Of a stretch of 64,000 nucleotides of DNA, positions 59,517-64,000 are shown in pieces. The translations under genes were made by a program, and so were the position numbers. Source of the stretch: Mayamaea pseudoterrestris (Eukaryota); NCBI GenBank assembly GCA_027923505.1, contig BROI01000014.1, positions 682,001 to 746,000 on the forward strand, given 5' to 3'. The notes under the pieces were generated by a model, which saw only the letters and a program-made list of their open reading frames with translations, was not told the origin of the DNA and made no database searches. Within the stretch, counting starts at the first letter, position 1; each line of letters opens with the position of its first letter.

Positions 59517-62500
59517 CTACCATTGCCAAGGATCATCAACTCGCGCCCGCCAGTCAGCGCGCCAGACAGCAGGCCGCCACTAGAGCTGCATTCTGCACTT
59601 GCAGCTCCGGTGGAACGCATCACCGCAGTCACCTTCACAGTTTCAACAAGCGCACCTACGCGTGACACCGCTACGACAGCGCAAACCGTCCACACCGAAC
59701 AAGTCATCACTGCTCCAACAAGTTCATTGTTGCGGAAGCTGCTACCGCCATTTCCAGACCAGACAGCACCCCAACAACGCACATTGCGAAGGCAACCTCC
59801 ACACTCGAAGGCACTGTGGCCAACGCCTGAAAATTACAATCAGTACTTTGCCACAGTGGTAGCGCCCGTCTGGCCTTACCTGGACACAGAAGATTCGCAG
59901 GCACTACAGGCGGCAAATCCTCAGAATAATCACCCTCTGTACGGATCGGCCAGTATGCTGCAGTTGGACGACCTCGTTTGGTCACGTCGCCGGCGCGGAT
60001 GGGGAAAGGAAACCGAAAATCTCCAGACAGAGCATGACTGCCCATCCATATTCCACATTGTACACATTGTGTGGGATTACCTACGGGTGTCACTGCGGCG
60101 ACTGATGGCCGTCACCCTCCGCGATACAACGCATGAATACGCGACTCTAAGACTTCGAGCGGCCACCACTCCAGTTCACCACCTCCGCCTCGAACGCCAT
60201 TACCCAGCGCTGGACCTCACACCAATTTGCCCCACTCGGGTTCTAGACATGGGCGCAGCTTTATTGCGATGTGATTTCAACTATGGTGACCTGCTCCGCT
60301 GGCTCGGCGGAGAGTACACGCAACAAAACCAGGATCGCTCCCTACTCCGCGACGTGATTACGGCGGTGCGCAGTAAGGGCATTCCCAGCGCTTACCCTCC
60401 CATTGCATTTGACGAGGCTCTGCAAGCCGTCGACGAGGGAGTGCCGGGCATCAGTAAATTCCGCTGCCCGATCCGCGACGTTGCGAGGCGAGAAAAAGAA
60501 AACAATCGAGGGCTGGAGCACTGCTGGGATGAAGTCATGGAAAAATACAGGAAGGAAGAAAAATTGTCCTATCATATTATGTTTCCTCGCTTCCTCTGGA
60601 AGTACATTCCTGGGCTCTTCCTGGCACTAATCTCCTACATCCCGCCGAAACCAGGAAGGGTGGGCGATGAGGGTCGCCTCATCAACGACCCATCAACCCC
60701 ATTGTACCCCGGTGACAGAGGCAACGTCAACAGCCAGATTCCAAAGCTCAAAACTGTGGATCACGACGAGCGTCAAAATCCTAAGGTCTACTATGGTTCA
60801 GTCATTCACCGCCTGGTAAAATTGATTTACAATCTCCGCCTCGATCATCCCGAGGAGGAGCTCTACATTGCGGCAGATGACATCTCGGCGGCGTTCCGTT
60901 GGCTCCACTACCACCCAGACATCGCAGTTGCCTTTGCCACAGTATTAGACACTTGGTTGGTGATACCAGTCGGTATGATCTTTGGCGGACGATTCTCCCC
61001 TGGATGGTACATGATCCTCGGGGAACTCCGTGGCCATATAGCGGCCACACTCGACATTGGCAGTGCCACCACTGATTTGTCGGACAACATACACCTCAGC
61101 CCAGCTATCACTCCACAAGAGCAAGCCACTATTGTTGCAGCCGTGCGATATTGCTATAATACAGGCACATCGGCAATCCTCGGTCCTGACTACAAGTATG
61201 GTTTCTCAAGCTTCGTTGATGACCAGGGTGTCGTGGCGACTCGGGCCAATATTCGAGAGGCCATTCACCGCAGCGTCATTGCGGCTTGAGTGGTCTTTGG
61301 TGAACCAAACCCAAAGCATCGCTCTCCTTGCATCAACGACAGAAAATGGAAGTGCGCTGTGTCCCATCAATTAACGTATCTTGGCCTTGATTGGGACACA
61401 TGTCGCATGACGGTTGGTTGGCCAGACGCCAAGCAGCGCAAGCTCGCCATTATGCTCGAGCAAATGAATAGTGAATGGCTACAAAACAAGCAATACAAAC
61501 AAGTCATCATCTCTGCAGCAGACAAGTCATCCTTGGTGGGCCTCATGCGGCATGGAGCTTTTGTAGCGGACCTTGCAGATTTCCTCGCCATTCGCGTTCA
61601 ACAATCACTCTCTGATGCCGCTCGACAGGCAGATGCGCAAGCAAAACGCTTGGACACCAAGAAAAGACGAGTTAACGATACCAAGAAACTGAGCACACGT
61701 GCTTGGTGGCGTAAAGGACGGATCTCACTGTCAAAGGAAGTGCTCGATGATCTGCGGATGCTGTATCCAACGCTCAACAATCCAAAATGGCAGCACGTCT
61801 GGCACAAACCCATTGGCCTCATGGTGGCTCGGGTTCCAACCAACACAATGAAAAGTGACGCCAGCACCACGGGTATTGGAGGTTGGAACCTTACCTTGCT
61901 GTTTATGTGGCGACTAAACGATGACGACTTGGCGAGCTGCAAGTTTAACATGCGCAAGTTCAACACAAATGTCACCCGGCGGCCTCAAACGACGGATGAA
62001 TACCATATCAATATCTTGGAATTTGTCGCCATTGTTATCAATGTCGTCTTGGCGCTGGGAACCCTTGCCCATGATGATACCATGCGGCACAGCCAACACA
62101 TTTTCAACGTCTTGGCCGACAACACCTCGGCTCTCTCCTGGATGCGGCATGCGGCGAGTTGCAAAGCTACAGAAATCAGGCGACTGGCACGCTTCTTTCA
62201 CGCAATTACAACTTACCAACCTCTTGCTCTCCGCATTCAGGCAAACCACATTCCAGGAAAGGACAATGTGGAGGCAGACCGCCTCTCTCGCTTCACGCCG
62301 TCGACTCTCTCGTGGGCATCCGTTATCTGTCCGGACACGCAGGCATTGGCAGCTTGCAAAGTTTACCTAGTGGAGCGCGAGCTGCTTTCCACAATCTCGT
62401 CCGTGATCAATGGGAGCGCGAGCGAGGCGACATACGGTCCAGAAACGATCGCGCGTTTGATCAAAGAGCCTCGCATTTTGGCAGATGGAGCCTCCAGGCA

Positions 62501-62558
62501 GGATTCACAGACCAGTCTTTTGCGGAAATCGCATCGGGGCAAGAAATCGCGGTCTTAG
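59517..62558 (+). pseudogene. Reverse transcriptase + RNase H (pol) with one in-frame TGA at 61287-61289
   Basis: RT: ADDISAAF, PVGMIFGGRFSP, FVDD, TYLGLDWD; RNase H: SDAS..GIGG, HINILEF, ADNTSA, HIPGKDNVEADRLSR; ORFs 59523-61289 and 61290-62558 share a frame. Confidence 0.9.
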
Positions 62559-63613
62559 CAGGCTACTTGTTTGCAGTTGCCTCTGGCGAGACGTCCTTGG
62601 AGATTGACAAAAACAAGCTAAAAGGAAAGGCAAACGCACAACAAGATCCATTGATGGTGAAGACATTAGTGGGTTACCTAAACGCCGCGCACTCTCTCCT
62701 CGAGTTGTTCCTCAATCGCAAGTTTTCCATTCACAACCCCAACAGAGAGGGTTATCACCCCATGCTAGCAGACATCCTTGCTAGTAGGCGCAAGTGGCAG
62801 AAGGCACGAGAAAAGCGCGAGCCTTTCACCAACAAAATGTTTGAGCATTTATATGCCTCTTTGAAACAGGCAACAGCTCAAAACGTCACTGTGAATCTCG
62901 ATCTACAGGCCGCAGTTTTTGATTGGACTTGCCTTGGCGCCTTTACTGGTTCACGTGCCAATGAATACGCTCAAACTACAGCACGAAGAGGTTGCTTCAG
63001 CAAGGTTCCTGCCAATAAGGACGCCGGCGAGTGGGCACACCAGCCATTGGCTTTCATTGACTTGGACTTCATGTTCTACACAGCCGACAGTGTACTACTC
63101 CCACATGACAAGCTGCTAAAACATCCAGCCGCAGCCGCCAAATTGCACTTGCGTTTTCGCTACGACAAAAGTCAAAACAACTTTTCCATTCGAAAGTTTA
63201 AACGGTCTGGGCATCCCTTCATTTGCCCTATAGCAGCTAGCGTCTCCATCATCGGACGCGCGCGCTGCCTCCATAACAAATCGTCAAAAGAACCTTTGGG
63301 CGTCTTTCGCACTTCTGGCACGGGAAGCTACGACTATCTACAGTCACGCGATATTATCAAGGTGATGCGCGAAGCAGTGGTTGGAGCATACCCCGACCCA
63401 CAGCATTTCCTTCGCCAGAATGTGACTCGCATTGTGGCTCACTCTAACAGAGTCACAGCTGCCGTTGCCTTGCAGAATGCAGGTCTTGATATTCAAGAGA
63501 TTGCATTCAGGTTGCGCTGGTCTGCACCATCAGTTCAACATTACCTTCGAGAAAGCTCCCAGGAAGTCGGGCGCCTGACGCTCAAGGCTATCCAGGGAGC
63601 AGTTTTAATTTGA
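62159..63613 (+). CDS. Tyrosine recombinase (phage-integrase family) of the retrotransposon
   Basis: Catalytic set: GSRANEY (R), RYDKS (K), HSNR (HxxR), LRWS (W), VQHY (Y); uninterrupted; overlaps pol in the -1 frame; true start unknown. Confidence 0.9.
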   Translation: MQSYRNQATGTLLSRNYNLPTSCSPHSGKPHSRKGQCGGRPPLSLHAVDSLVGIRYLSGHAGIGSLQSLPSGARAAFHNLVRDQWERERGDIRSRNDRAFDQRASHFGRWSLQAGFTDQSFAEIASGQEIAVLAGYLFAVASGETSLEIDKNKLKGKANAQQDPLMVKTLVGYLNAAHSLLELFLNRKFSIHNPNREGYHPMLADILASRRKWQKAREKREPFTNKMFEHLYASLKQATAQNVTVNLDLQAAVFDWTCLGAFTGSRANEYAQTTARRGCFSKVPANKDAGEWAHQPLAFIDLDFMFYTADSVLLPHDKLLKHPAAAAKLHLRFRYDKSQNNFSIRKFKRSGHPFICPIAASVSIIGRARCLHNKSSKEPLGVFRTSGTGSYDYLQSRDIIKVMREAVVGAYPDPQHFLRQNVTRIVAHSNRVTAAVALQNAGLDIQEIAFRLRWSAPSVQHYLRESSQEVGRLTLKAIQGAVLI

Positions 63614-64000
63614 GTGTCGCTCACGACCTCGTCTACTAGCAGACGTTACAATCTTCTGCAACTTTGAGATTACTAGGTTACGAGACTGTAGCTAAAGGTT
63701 TGCATCCGAGTCGCCGGCCTTTGGTCTGGCTGCTTGTGCGCTCCTCGTCTTTAGCTAGCTCCTCCTTATCAGGGGCAATCTCCAGGGTCTTTCCACAGAT
63801 CCAGAGTCTTCTCGTTCTCCTTCTCTTTCCTTCTTCCGCGGTTCTCGCCACACGGCCTCTTTGTTTGTTTGTGTGGCGTGACTGCCCCCAGCAAGCTGTT
63901 GTTCGTGTGGGTTGTGGCGAATCCTCCTCACAGGATTCGCTCCAGTCATCATTGATGACGTGGTTGTTGCTCCAGGGACCCGGAGTTTGCACTCCGAGTC

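Larger units (their letters stand above)
55777..64000 (+). mobile_element. Tyrosine-recombinase retrotransposon (DIRS order, Ngaro-like); 3' end beyond window
   Basis: gag-like ORF, RT, DIRS-type RNase H and overlapping tyrosine recombinase in that order; no DDE integrase, protease or methyltransferase motifs seen; sharp junction with satellite. Confidence 0.9.

Noticed and set aside
58805..59665. 286-aa overlapping ORF across the gag-pol junction
   Set aside because: No recognisable motifs and a TTG start; likely a shadow frame, since gag and pol are already in frame
59517..63613. Bacterial retron, DGR or prophage integrase
   Set aside because: The DIRS-type RNase H motifs and the gag-RT-RH-YR order identify a eukaryotic YR retrotransposon; no template/variable repeat pair seen
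1..64000. tRNA, rRNA or snRNA genes
   Set aside because: GGTTCGA-like hits lie in CDS or lack cloverleaf context; none recognised by eye (tRNAscan/Infernal not run)

Overview
Gene-dense eukaryotic DNA, most likely from a pennate diatom or related stramenopile. This is inferred from short GT-AG introns, bipartite plastid-targeting presequences and the HSF/XDH/DDX1/BRX1 gene set. Bases 1-49.9 kb hold about 27 tightly packed housekeeping genes, including AP-2 alpha, DDX1, a DegT-type aminotransferase, BRX1, MATE, PP1, GUF1, xanthine dehydrogenase, NSE3/MAGE, a proteasome-alpha-like protein, HSF, AP endonuclease, HflX, D-cysteine desulfhydrase and DBR1. After DBR1 the sequence changes abruptly. 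A CpG-poor degenerate PSxxPS-type repeat flank leads into a ~5-kb array of ~29 copies of a 169-bp satellite, which has a 19-bp palindrome in nearly every unit plus 6-mer and 3-mer higher-order repeats. The array is cut mid-monomer at 55776/55777 by a ~8-kb tyrosine-recombinase retrotransposon (Ngaro/DIRS class) that runs off the window. The element has a gag-like ORF with a Cys finger, an in-frame UGA-CUA junction into RT/RNase H, and an overlapping tyrosine recombinase. It also carries apparent inactivating lesions. Exon boundaries were read by eye and no database searches were run.
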